64,000 bases of DNA from Octopus vulgaris (GCA_951406725.2 OX597817.1:67828001-67892000), one strand, 5' to 3'; positions 26,888 to 39,208 are shown, counted from the first letter of the stretch. The notes: generated from the sequence alone by a model not told the origin. Program-made: numbers and translations.

Positions 26888-27146
26888 TAGAAAGGATAGA
26901 GGACAGGAAAGAGAGAGAGGGGAGAAAGAGAGAGTAAGTATATCAAGTTGTATGACTCCAAAGCAATCCAGCCCAAGCAAATCTCTAGACCAGTGATTCT
27001 CAACCACTTTTTTTTTTTTTACCTAGGGAGCCATTTGATTCCAATTCTACTCTCCTGGACCCCATGACCATTCATTGTTTTAAAAAATCTTATATTTTCA
27101 GTATTATTAGGAAGTGTATAATTTTTTTTTTAAATTGTGTATTGTA

Positions 27147-28457
27147 TAGAGTGGGGCAGAGAGGACGGCCGGTTTTGAAAAATTCACAAAATCATTAATT
27201 TTTGCGCCAAACAAATTTTATTGACATCAATGTGTTCGTATTGAATTAGCATTTGTCAAAATTAAGTCTGGGAAACAATATCCATCATGTGGTGTCCGTT
27301 TTCATTGATGCATTTCTGAAAGCGTTCTTGGAAGTTGGCCTTCACTCTCTCCAGCATTGCTCTGCTGATCTGGGCGACTTCCACGTGAATAGCTTCCTTC
27401 AAATCGTTCAACGTACGGGGCTTATGTGCACACACACGTGCCTTGAGGTTTCCCCACAAGAAATAATCGCACATGGACAAATCAGGGAACTAAGGGGTCT
27501 AAGGAATGTCATCAAACCTGGAAATGAGGCAGTCACTGAAGAGAGGGTGAAGAACATCCATTGATGTTCTGGCTGTGTAGGCCGTCATCCCATCCTGCTG
27601 AAACCACACACGTCGAATAGGCATACGTTTTTGTTGTAATTCAGGCATAAAGAAGTTGTTTATCATCTCGATGTAACGTTCGGTGTTCACAGTAACAGTA
27701 TTTCCGTTATTATCTTCAAAAAAGTAAGGACCAATGACAGCAGCTTTTCCAACAACATACCAGATCATCACTTTTGGGCTGTGCAGTTCTCTCGGATTTT
27801 CAAGAGCCCAATAACGACAGTTCTATTGATTCACCATGCCATGAAAATGAGCTTCATCACTCATTAACAAAATGAGGTTGTCATTTGCCTCAGACATTGC
27901 TTCCATCTGATGTACGAAGTTAAGCCGCTGTGCATAGTCCTATGGTTTCAACTGTTGCCCATGACCAATTTGTACAATGGAAATGCAGGTCTTCATACAA
28001 AATACTCTTTACTGATCGATTACCGATGCCAAGTTCAGTGGAATGCCTCCGAGCAGAACGATTCGGACTCCGTATCAAAGCTTGTTTGACGCGTTCCACA
28101 TTTTCCGGGGTTCGTACAGTTTGTGGTGCCCCCAACAGTATCCTATTCATTAGTGTACCTCGTGTACGAAGTGCTTTCACCCAACGTAAGATTGTGTTAC
28201 GGGTGTGAGCAACCTGATTTCAGTGAATATCGAAGTGGCGCCGAAACTCACGCTGAACTGCTGACAAACTCATTATTCTTCACGTAACTGTTGTAGGAAA
28301 ACACGCGATGCTCCATCATCCACCGCACCACAGCTTCACATGAAAAAAAGATGCTAAGATGCCACGGACGGAATGGTACCTGTCGGACATATGTTTCTCC
28401 ACACCGGGGTTAAGTAATAACCATTTCAAAAACGTCCGTCCTCTCTGCCCCAACCTG
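27147..28457 (-). mobile_element. Tc1/mariner DD41D (rosa-type) transposon, full length about 1.31 kb
   Basis: TIRs TAGAGTGGGGCAGAGAGGACGGCCGGTTTTGAAA and TTTCAAAAACGTCCGTCCTCTCTGCCCCAACCTG. Confidence 0.9.
27262..28330 (-). pseudogene. Disrupted DD41D transposase
   Basis: QREFRRHF HTH, RTPENVERV, MSDEAHFH, IGPYFFE, WFQQDG...PDLSMCDYFLWG with 41 residues between the last two Asp. Stops and frameshifts present. Confidence 0.9.
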
Positions 28458-29009
28458 AAGTTGTATAAGCAATTCATTATACATGAATTTTAACGACAAA
28501 ATCTTATATGGACCACCAAAGGCCATATGGATCCCTGTTGAGAATCACTATTGCAAACAAAAGTTCTCTAGCCATGAACACCATAAACATTACGCCTTTT
28601 TCTCTTTTTTTTTGATATCTAAGGCATTCTGTTATTTCGTGCTCTGCTCGTGCATCACATTGCTTCCTTCTGTGTTTTAAAATCTGAATATAGATAGAAA
28701 TTAGAGTAGTGTACATATATTCAGAAGGATAAGCAAAGATCAGACGACTCCGTGCATATAGCAATCGTCAAGTTTTAAAGTACAATACGTGAGTATAACA
28801 TTCATAATACACGCACACAGATGTATGTATATATGAGCGTGTGTGAATGCACGTATGTATGTATATATGTGTTTGTGCGTGTGTGTGTGTGTTTGTTCTT
28901 GCTTCAAGATTGTTTAGTGTGAAAGTCGAATGGTGAGTTAAATATTTCGCTTCAGTAAAGAATATACACTATAGTATGTATAGAGTGCTTGTCCCTCCCT
29001 AAAGTGGTT

Positions 29010-29140
29010 CTTATTTTATCGATCCTGAAAGTATGAAAGGCAAAGTCAACCTCGGCGGCATTTGAACTCGGAATGTAAAGCAATAAGAAATGCCGGCAAG
29101 CATTTTACCCGAAGCAGTAACGATTCTATTAGCTCGCCGT
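29010..29140 (-). mobile_element. Family B SINE, partial
   Basis: Reverse complement of the head and core. Confidence 0.8.
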
Positions 29141-29144
29141 CTTC

Positions 29145-29221
<77 letters not shown>

Positions 29222-29525
29222 CCCAAGGTTTAAAACAAACTTTTTTATTTATTTATTTATTATTTTTTTTTATGTATTAGACATTCACTAGTACAACACC
29301 AAAAAAACCCAAAAAACCCCCAAATATATGGCACAGAACTTCCAACCTGTTGTCTCTTGAGGTCTCTGGGTGAGACTTGGAGCCAACTTGTACAGACATA
29401 AAGCAAAAGTCAAACATAGAATAATAATAATAATAATAATAATTCTATTTATTTATTTATTTATTTATTTATCTAGTTTCAGCTCACAAGCTGTGACCAT
29501 GGTGGGGCACCGCCATTTGGTGTTG

Positions 29526-32505
29526 CTACATGATTTTACTGCACGAATGCTTTTTAGCAATTGCCATTTGGTGCATGAGAGAGTTCGATGCAGCTGCCCT
29601 CATCTGCACCTCCTGCCGTGAAGTTAGTTCATCTGGGATACCTGACAAGAAGAGATCCAGTTTCATTTTAAAGACATCTGCATCCACCCCATGCAGGTCT
29701 CTTAGGTTCTTCGGGAGGATATTGAAGAGCTGTGGGCCTCGGAAGCCCAGGCTATCACAGTATCTTGTCCTACATCTTGATGGCAAATTTGGAGTCCTTG
29801 GCACTATGCAGTGGCGCCCAGTTCTGGCATTTGTGTAACTCTCAATGCCAAAGTTTGGGACAAGTCCTTCGAGGATCTTCCAGATGTATATTATGGCATA
29901 TCTTTCTCGCCTACGCTCTAAGGAATAGAGTCTCAATCTCTTGAGTCTTTCCCAATAGCTTATATGCTGCACAGAGGCTATCTTCTTCGTGTAGCTTCGT
30001 TGGATCGCCTCAAGTTCTGTGATTAACTTGACACTGGATGGTGACCATAGCTAAGAGCAATAGTCAAAGTGGCTTAGGACAAGTGTCCTCCAGAGGACCA
30101 TCATGGTTTCCTGGTCTCTTGTTCTGAAGGTTCTAAGAATCCATCCGGTCAGCCGCCTACATTTAATTGGCAGTTTAGCAACATGCATATGAAAGGTTGC
30201 ATCATCACTCATGTAAATACCCAGGTCTCGCACTGATTGTGCCTCTGGGATTGCAGTCCCTCCAGGTCCAGTGTATTTATTGGGTATTGCATTTAGTTTT
30301 GCGTGCTGATAGCATAGAGCTTGAAACTTTTCAGCATTGAACTGCATGCTATTCTTTTCAGCCCACTTGTATATTTTGTCCAGCTCACATTGCAGGTGCT
30401 TAGTGTCTTCAGGGTTCTGTATTGCCTGTGAAACTTTTGTATCATCTGCATAACTTGTGATCGTGGCTCTCTGCGTGGCTGAGGAGATGTCTGAACAGTA
30501 TTGGTCCCATTATGAACAGTAGTGGTCCCAAAACAGTGCCCTGCGGAACACCGCTCACTATTTGCATGTTAGTGGAAGTGGCCCCATTAGCTACTACTAC
30601 CTGACTTCTATCCTTCAGAAAGTCATGAAGCCACTCTCCCAATTTTCCAACTATGCTAAGGTCGCGCAGTTTGTGACATAGCATTCCATGATCGACTTTA
30701 TCAAAAGCCTTTGCAAAGTCGAGATATATGACTTCCACATTTGAGTGGCTGAGCAGTCGTTTCAGCACCCAGTCATAGTGTTGTAGGAGCTGAGTTAAGC
30801 AGCTTCTTCCTGGTCGGAAACCATGTTGGGTGTCAGGCAGCAAGTCATTTTCTTCAAGGAAGGTAATTAGTTTCCTTCTGACTATTCGTTCCATGACCTT
30901 GCTGATGTGTGAGGTCAGAGAGATAGGTCTGTAGTTCTTGGCCTCCGCTCTGCTACCTCCTTTATGAATAGGGCATATTTTACCTTCCTTCAGTTTTCTT
31001 GGAAGTTTGCCAGATGCAAGGAAGCTCTGAAAGAGGAACTGCAGTGGTCTTGCTAGGACTCTCTTACATACTTTTAGAAGGATTGCCGGGAATCCATCGG
31101 GGCCAGTAGCTGAGTTTGTTTTCATTTCATCTATAGCCTTTATTACATCGTCTTCCTTTATATTGATGTAATCAATCATTGCTGCCTCCGATTTTATATC
31201 TGCAGTGGTAAAGAAGTCAGTTGGATTGCTGATTTGGAAATGCCCAAGGGGTGGCGTGAAAATACTCTTGAATTGCTCATTTAGTATTTCACTTATCCTC
31301 ATTAGATTTCCTGTGAGTGTGCCATCCTTTTCAAGGAGTGGCCCTATCCTACAGTGCACCGCAGCTGTTTCTTTGGCATACCTGTAGAAAGCTCTGGGGT
31401 TAGATTTTATGTTGTCTATAGCCCAGGCTTCTTTGTCTGCTCTTTCTTTTTCATGGGAGAGTTGCAGACATTTTTCAATTTCCAACAGTTTTATTTTCAG
31501 GCGGGACTTTTCACTGCTTTCAATTTGTTTGTTTAGGCGATTTGAAAGTTTTGTACGCCGTCCCATTAGAATTTTCCTCTCTCCGGGGATTTTGCTCTTG
31601 TGTACAGTGGCCTTTCTCTCTGGGACACATTTGTAGCATATGGCTTGCATTACAGACATGAATTGTTGAAGTTTCATGTCGATGTCTGGCGAGGATAGAC
31701 ATTCAGGCCAGTTTTGTTTGAGGATCTCTTTCTCAATTTGTTTCCAGTTTGCCTTATGGAAGTTCAAGCTGGAAAGATTCTGAGAGTTTCTTGTAGGCTG
31801 CATGTCCATGCTTTCCTCTGGCCCGTACAGGGTCAGCTCTACCATGTTGTGATCCGAGAGTAGTGTCGGTGTCACTTTCACATTATGGATAAGATCCATA
31901 TTATTTGTGAAGCAGAGATCCAGTATGTTACCTGCCCCGGTTGGTTGGAGTATTACTTGCTCCATGTACAGAGTGTTGATGAGGTTCAGGAGGGACCTCG
32001 CCTGTCCTCGTTCACATCGTGTCATTCCTGGGAGAGAAAGGCCCTCGGGCCATCTGACATTGGGGAGATTGAAGTCTCCCATAAGAAGTACACTTATGTG
32101 TTGTTCTAATGTGACTAGAACTTCTATTTTTATAAGGCAGTCTTCAAACTTGCCTACATGGCTTGCGGCATCTGGAGGGCGATATGTAGCACATATAACT
32201 ACACCAAGTTGCCTTATATGTACAATTAGTGTGTCACACACCGAATTTGAGTATGACAAAAGGATCTGGGGTGTGAGGTCCTCACGGATGTACATAGCAA
32301 TTCCTCCATGACTCCTTTCTTTTCTGTCGGTCCGTAGTACAACATACTGTGGTATGTGTATTTCCGCATCTGCTATGTCCGGTTTCAGGTGTGTTTCCGT
32401 AAGTGCTATGCGTAAGGCTTGATTGCATGCAACAAAGTCTTTCAAGAACGGGTTTTTTGTCCTGTTACTGAGTGTTAGCAGTCCTCTGATGTTCAGTAGG
32501 AGCAT
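29526..32505 (-). pseudogene. LINE ORF2 (AP endonuclease plus reverse transcriptase), one frameshift near 30500 and a premature TAG near 30051
   Basis: LLNIRGL, LTETHL, YRPP, GDFNLP, LDLCFTN, SDH (APE); NYRPISLTS, QHGFRPGRSC, YLDFAKAFDKVDH, GVPQGTVLGP, SYADDT (RT); YWERLKRLRLYSLERRR C-terminus. Confidence 0.95.
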
Positions 32506-33422
32506 CAAGGTGAGGTGTATGCTGTTGCCGGCGGTGTCCACCTTGGGTTGATTTGCTGTGGCGGTCTTGTGTATTGTGGATAGTCCCATCTGCGAGTTTG
32601 AGTTTGATGGAGCCAGGTTAGCTGCTGTACAATCTTTTGTGCCATGCACAAAACAGATTCTTGTTCAGCAGCTGCCCTTTCAATAACATGTTGGCGGCTT
32701 GTAGCACACACCACATCTGCGTACCTCCGTTTTGGGACAGGTGGTGCGTGGTCCATCCCTTTTCCTTTTGGTAGTTGGTTTCTGACCTCTTTCGTGTTTC
32801 TGCGGCAGGGTCCCCGATGTGCAAAACGGCAGCCTGCACCTTCCTCTCCATGCCAGCAGACACCTCTCAGGTAGAACCTACACACCCGTGTGTGCTGTCT
32901 GTTTCCATCCTTTTTGGTACATGGATAGTCAGGTTTGCTTCTATCCTTGGCTGTTTCATTTTTTGGTTTTGTTTGAGTTTTAGTTTTTCCTTCTTTGGCT
33001 GTTTCATCTTTTGTTTTTCTCTTAGTTTTTCCTCCTTTTATTTCTTTTTTGGCTCTTTCATCTTTGGTGCTGGTAGGAGCACTTGCACTTGGGCTTACTT
33101 CCCGGGCAGGTTTCTCACTTGAATCTTCTTCCTGGGTATCTACCAAGTGGGGGTGACCTCTTTCATCAGCACCCGCGTCTCCATCCTTGCCATCTTTACT
33201 TTGTTCGCTGTCAAAGATGGCATCAAGTGTGCCAATGTGAGATCTTATGAGTGCATAGGAGCGTATAAACTCCTGCTTCTTTCGCTCTATCTGAGCTATT
33301 GTCCTTTCATATCCACTGCTCTTCAGCGCAGCTGTAATTATGTTGTTCGGCTTATCTTCGTCGGCGCATTGCCAGGCTCTGAGGAACAACGCCAATTCGT
33401 TAATTCTCCAGGTTCTGGACAT
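32505..33422 (-). CDS. LINE ORF1 protein, 305 aa: N-terminal Myb/SANT-like trihelix, Lys-rich linker, CCCH zinc finger
   Basis: Open ORF. WRINELALFLRAW...LKSSGYERTIAQIERKKQEFIRSY and VCRFYLRGVCWHGEEGAGCRFAH. Confidence 0.8.
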   Translation of the reverse strand: MSRTWRINELALFLRAWQCADEDKPNNIITAALKSSGYERTIAQIERKKQEFIRSYALIRSHIGTLDAIFDSEQSKDGKDGDAGADERGHPHLVDTQEEDSSEKPAREVSPSASAPTSTKDERAKKEIKGGKTKRKTKDETAKEGKTKTQTKPKNETAKDRSKPDYPCTKKDGNRQHTRVCRFYLRGVCWHGEEGAGCRFAHRGPCRRNTKEVRNQLPKGKGMDHAPPVPKRRYADVVCATSRQHVIERAAAEQESVLCMAQKIVQQLTWLHQTQTRRWDYPQYTRPPQQINPRWTPPATAYTSP

Positions 33423-33816
33423 TTTGAATATTTTATTTATTTATCTATCTAATTATTTTAAAAATTTAATAGTGTGATAGAGGGTAGAGAAGAAATAGAG
33501 AAAGAAAGTGTCTATGTATTTAGAGAGATTGAGAGCTGAGAATAGATAAGAAGAAAGTAAGAGAGGAAAGTTCGCGACCATATATTTAAAAAAATTGAGA
33601 GGCTGAGAGAGGAAAGATGGTGTGACAGAGAGAAGTGGATTAGTGAAGAGACAAGGAAAGATTCAACGGCTGAGAGACGAAAGATGGTGTGATAGAGAGA
33701 AGTGAAGAGACAGAGAGAGAAAGAAAAGAAAGAGAGGAGGTTAAGAAGCTGGAATAGAAAATGAAAAACTATTAACAGGATGTAAATTATAAATATATAT
33801 ACCTGACCGTAGTTAC

Positions 33817-33874
<58 letters not shown>

Positions 33875-34113
33875 GTAATAATAATAATAATGATGATGAT
33901 GATGATGATGATGATAATAATAATAATAATCCTTTCAAGGCCTGAAATTTGAGGGAGGGGGATAGTCGATTACATCGACCCCAGTACTCAACTAGTATTT
34001 AGTTTATCGACCTCGAAAGGATGCAATGCAATGTCGACCTCTAAAGCATATTTCCTGATGCACAAACCATTCTACTAGCTAATTACTTTGATAACAACAA
34101 CAACAACAACAAC

Positions 34114-34178
<65 letters not shown>

Positions 34179-34194
34179 TGATGATGACAACGAC

Positions 34195-34696
34195 GATAAC
34201 GTGCCGAAAGTGGGGGCTAGAGAGAGGCAAGACGTGATGTGAGCACAAACCGCAGAGTGGCGGAGTCAGAGACTTGAAAACTCCTCTGAGATTTTCCAAT
34301 CCAAACAGATCAGAACGTAACAGACCGGACCTAATGGTGGTAGACAAGATGCACTACATGTGCTATATAGTTTATGTTGCGTGCCCCTTTGACCCACGAA
34401 TAGTCAAGAAGGGAGGCGAAAAAAAGAAATATATACATACAATCCTCTTAAGTACTAAATAGCCCAGCTATGGAAAATGAAGAAAGTGAAGATAGTGCCA
34501 ATCATTGTTGGGTCCTTGGGTACAGTATCAGAAGGCAGTAAGAGGAATATAAAGGAAATTGGGGTAGAGTGCTGAGTAGAACTGTTACAAAAGGTTTGCC
34601 TCCTTGGTACGGCAAGAATAATCAAGAATGTATTAGATAGCTGAAAAGAACGCGTGCAAGACTCCAGGAACTCCAACAAAACCTGTGATAAAGAGA

Positions 34697-34697
<1 letters not shown>
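34195..34697 (+). mobile_element. 5'-truncated Dong/R4-type LINE fragment (restriction-like endonuclease C-terminus) in (TAA)n
   Basis: NRPDLMVVDK...VACPFD...VKIVPIIVGSLGTV...LLQKVCLLGTARIIKNVLD; (AAT)n on both sides. Confidence 0.85.
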
Positions 34698-34772
<75 letters not shown>

Positions 34773-34775
<3 letters not shown>

Positions 34776-34985
34776 GTTTCAAATTTTGCCATAAGGGCAA
34801 CACTTTGTGGGGAGGGGATGAATCGATTACATCAACACCAGTGTTCGGTTGGTACTTATTTTATCGACCCCGAAAGGTTGAAAGGTAAAGTCAACCTTGG
34901 CGGAATTCGAACTCAGAACGTAGCGACGAATGAAATACCACTAAGTATTTCATCCAGCGCGTTAAAGATTCTGCCAGCGCGCCAA
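34773..34985 (-). mobile_element. Family B SINE with (TTA)n tail
   Basis: Reverse complement of a full monomer. Confidence 0.85.
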
Positions 34986-35005
34986 CTTAATACTACTACT
35001 AATGC

Positions 35006-35061
<56 letters not shown>

Positions 35062-35573
35062 GAGAAAGTGAATCGGATTAAAATTAGAAAAAGGGTTAGT
35101 GTGAAGTGAAGTAAAAGACAGGTAAAATATACAGAAAGAGGGAAAGGAAGAAAATGAAGAACGAAAATGGCAGCAAAGAAAGAATAAAGACCCCCAAAAA
35201 GTAAGAAGACGAAAATAAAAAAAGCAAGAAGCCAACGGGGGTGGGGGTGGGGTGATAAGAAAGAGAAAGACGAAATAAAGAAAGAGAGAAGGGGAAAATG
35301 AAGAAGGATAAAGGGGTTAAATAAGGTTTTTCTTACTTTTTATCTATTTTTTAATATTTTCTTTTTGTCTAGCTACAGAAGTAAAGGTGATGGTGGTTGG
35401 TGGTGGAGGGGTAGGAGTAAAAGTAGTAGTAGTAGTCGGAGTAGGTTTAACGTTAACATTAATGAAATTAGCTCACATTTTAACCAGAAATTGAACCGAG
35501 GCTAATTACCGAGGCGGCAGACATTATACTATGGTAAAAACTTCTGGTAATCTAATTGCCTTATCTCTCACAA

Positions 35574-35636
<63 letters not shown>

Positions 35637-35772
35637 ATTATATATACATATGTATGTATATATATATACATATATGTATGTATATATCTATATCTATACA
35701 CGCACACACACATATACATATAAACACACACACATACATATAAACATATACACACATATATGTATGTATGTT

Positions 35773-35804
<32 letters not shown>

Positions 35805-36724
35805 CATACACACATAAATATATACATACACACACACACACACTCACATACATACACACACATATATATATATATAAACACGTATACATTATGCACGCAT
35901 ACATACATACAAAAATACAGACAGACACACACACATAAGCACACATTATGCAAATATACATACATGTGTATATTTGTGTGTGCGTGTGTGTGTGTGTGCA
36001 TACATGTATGTGTATAAATATACATGCACATACATACGTATATAAATAGACAAATATAAACACACACACACACACATACACATTCATCCACACCGTATAC
36101 ATTGTATTTTATTCTATTCGTTTTTATTTATTTCTTTTCTGTTTTTATTTCTTCCGATTTTTGGGAGGTGCGGTGGGGAGAAGGGTTAAGAGGGTTTCTT
36201 AAGTATTTTGTTCCTCCTTTTCTTGTTTTATTTTTGCTTATATATTAAAAGATAACGGATGCGTATGGTTTATCTCGGAAATACCTGAATATCTTCCTAC
36301 CCCGTTCCCAAAAAATTATAAAAGACAAGAAAACGCGGAATAAATATATTTATAAAAAGATACCATCCGTACCGTTTTGCTTTCAATTTTTGTGTGTGCC
36401 CGTGTGCACGTATGCGCGTGTGTACTCGCTTGTGTATGCGTGTTTCCATATATGTATATACAGATTCATATTCATACATATTTAAATATTTACATATACT
36501 TCGCACACATACAGATATATACACACTTGCATAAATCTCCCTCTCTCTCTTTTTCTTTCTATGTATATATATATCTATTTATGCTTATATAAATATATAT
36601 ATATGCACATGCAGCAAAAATATAGATATTTTAATCTATCTTCATATACATATACATATATACATATATATATATATATATGTATATATGTATATGTATA
36701 TATATATATGTATATATATATATG

Positions 36725-36762
<38 letters not shown>

Positions 36763-36764
36763 CT

Positions 36765-36796
<32 letters not shown>

Positions 36797-37001
36797 CATG
36801 CATATACGTATACATATATACATACACAAACACATATGCATAGAAATATACGTATAAAACGTATATGTATATACAATTATACATATGCACATATTCATAC
36901 GTGTGTGTACGTATATATGTGTATATATATATATATATATATACATATACACATACGCACACATACATATATGTATATACAAACACACACATATATTTAT
37001 A

Positions 37002-37155
37002 TTGCTCGAAACGAGTAGATAGACAGCCGACAACTGATGAAGGGTCCTTCTTCTGTGTTAACCTGTTCTGTTTTCCATATTTTTCGCTTTTCCATCCTTT
37101 GTTTACATATTTCATGTTATTCGCACCGTAGGTGACGTCCTGTAACCATATATGC

Positions 37156-37157
<2 letters not shown>
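37002..37157 (+). mobile_element. Family D repeat (copy D4, 5'-truncated at TTGCTCGAAA)
   Basis: GCTCGAAACGAGTAGATAGACAGCCGACAACTGATGAAGGGTC...GTGACGTCCTGTAACCATATATGCA. Confidence 0.8.
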
Positions 37158-37195
<38 letters not shown>

Positions 37196-37303
37196 GTATT
37201 ATATATTAGTATTTATTTTATATATATATATATTTAAATAAACATACAAGTATACATGCATATATATATAAATGTATATATAAATTTATAAATATATATA
37301 TAA

Positions 37304-37387
<84 letters not shown>

Positions 37388-38213
37388 CGGACACACACAG
37401 ACATGTCTACACACAAATTCTCTTTCATTTTTTAGACAGCTGAACTGGTTTTCCCAAAGAAATAGTTCCTTATATTAAGGAAATATTAGATAAAGAATTT
37501 CTTCCGTCTGTTAAATGAAATGAAATGAAATGTAGGAGTTTTAGTTTCGTAAAACTGTAAAATAATTATGCAAATAAATAAATAAATAAATAAATAGCCC
37601 GTAAAAATAAAAGTTATATCTGTGTGTATAGATGGGTGGAGATGGGGTGAGTGGGGGGCAGAGAACGCGATGAAGGAAACGAAAGAGCATCGCATGATGT
37701 CTGCTAATCACCAAGTTACCTCCTCAGACAGATAATCTAGCTATCACCCACTTCTGTCAGTAATTAAAATATTTCTCCCGAGCTAGCAGATAGAAAATAT
37801 TGACTCCGTCATTCCAGATTCGTTTTTACATGTGAGGATATTTATTTTTTTATTCATTTAGTTTTTTTTTTTTATTTAAATATTGTTACTTTTTGTATTT
37901 TTTTCTGTTAGATTTGTACTGTTTTTTTTCGTTCTACCCCACCAGCAGCAGCACCACCACTACCACCACACAATTGGTGCGATCGTTGAGGAGGGGCGTT
38001 TCCCGTAGCCTGTGGTGGTGGCTGTATTCTTTAGTCAATAAGTGTTTACGTTTGTTTCTTCGTTTTCTATTTGTGTGTGCGCGCGCGTGTGCGTGCGTGC
38101 GTGCGTGTGTTTTTGCGGATTTGGAGAAGTTCATATACCGCGGGCACTAAGTCAGTATTTATGTTTCGAGCAAAGAATTCGTCGGAGAGAAAATACACGC
38201 AAATGTATGTATG

Positions 38214-39208
38214 TTGCTCGAAATGTGGAGTAAAAAACAGCCGACAACTGATGAAGGGTCTTTCTTTATGTTACTCGTCTTGTTTTCCATTTGTTTCTTC
38301 ATTTGTTCGCAAAAAAGTTCGTATTCCATGTTTTCGTATTTCGTATTTCATGTGGTTTCCGTTTTATGACGTCCTGTACCCATATATGCATGTGCATATA
38401 CATATATGTATGTATATATGCTTATATATATTATTTATATTATTATATGATTGAACGCCCCACATCCATTTCCAAGTAAGTTTATCTTAATAATGTTGAT
38501 GCAACTCTCCGTACTGTTCTCTCGCCCCTTTTGTTTCCTCTGTCTTCCTTTCCCTAATTCTTTATATCTCCCCATCTCCCCCTTTCGTTTTTCTCTCATC
38601 CTTTCTCTAATTATTTTCCTCTTTCCTTCGCTGTTCTCTATCTGTCCTTCTCTCTTTCTCACTCTTGTTCCTTTACTCTTTTGTTGCTCACACGGGACCA
38701 TCGGCCATCTTCCCTTTCCTACCTTGAGCTTCTTTCTTTCCTTTTGATTTGCTACACAGATCACACGCATTCTTGTCTGTCTCCTCTCCTATCTTTTCTC
38801 CTGTCAAAGCTTGTTCCTCCTGCGTTCCTCACCTTACCTCGTTATGGCTCAGCAGCCCTTACTGCTTGTTTTCACTGTCCTGTTTGTGTTACTAGCTTTC
38901 ACCCGCCCCAAATCCCAAATGTTTTCTTCAAGACACATCTTATCGTGATTACTCGAATTGTGGAATAAAAAACAGCCGACAGCTGATGAAGGGTCGTTCT
39001 TTACTTTACTTGTCTTGTTTTCTATATGTTTCTTTCATTGTTCGCAAAAAAATTCCATGTTTTCGTATTTCGCATTTCATGTGGTTTACGTTTTATGACG
39101 TCCTGTACCCATATATGCATATGTATATACATACATATATAAGTATGTAAGTATGTACATTATATGTATGTATATATGCATATATATATTATTTATATTA
39201 TTATATGT
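38214..39208 (+). mobile_element. Family D partial tandem: 3' portion (D5, 38214-38449) followed by full copy (D6, 38450-39208)
   Basis: Both units end TTTTATGACGTCCTGTACCCATATATGCAT and share a tail ATTATTTATATTATTATATG. D6 motif at 38934-38994. Confidence 0.8.

Larger units (their letters stand above)
26991..28550 (+). mobile_element. hAT/Charlie-like MITE (about 250 bp) interrupted by the DD41D transposon
   Basis: TIRs CAGTGATTCTCAAC and GTTGAGAATCACTA. The left part aligns with the intact copy at 39838-40164; left flank CTCTAGAC. Confidence 0.7.
29444..33816 (-). mobile_element. Full-length CR1/L2-group non-LTR retrotransposon (about 4.4 kb) inserted in (TAA)n
   Basis: CT-rich 5' UTR, ORF1, APE-RT ORF2, short 3' UTR with stem-loop CAGCT-TGTG-AGCTG and (TAAA)n tail; (AAT)n on both flanks. 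Confidence 0.92.

Noticed and set aside
32506-32649. Track start of the 735-aa ORF2 at 32649
   Set aside because: It overlaps the ORF1 C-terminus; APE homology begins at the ATG at 32505.
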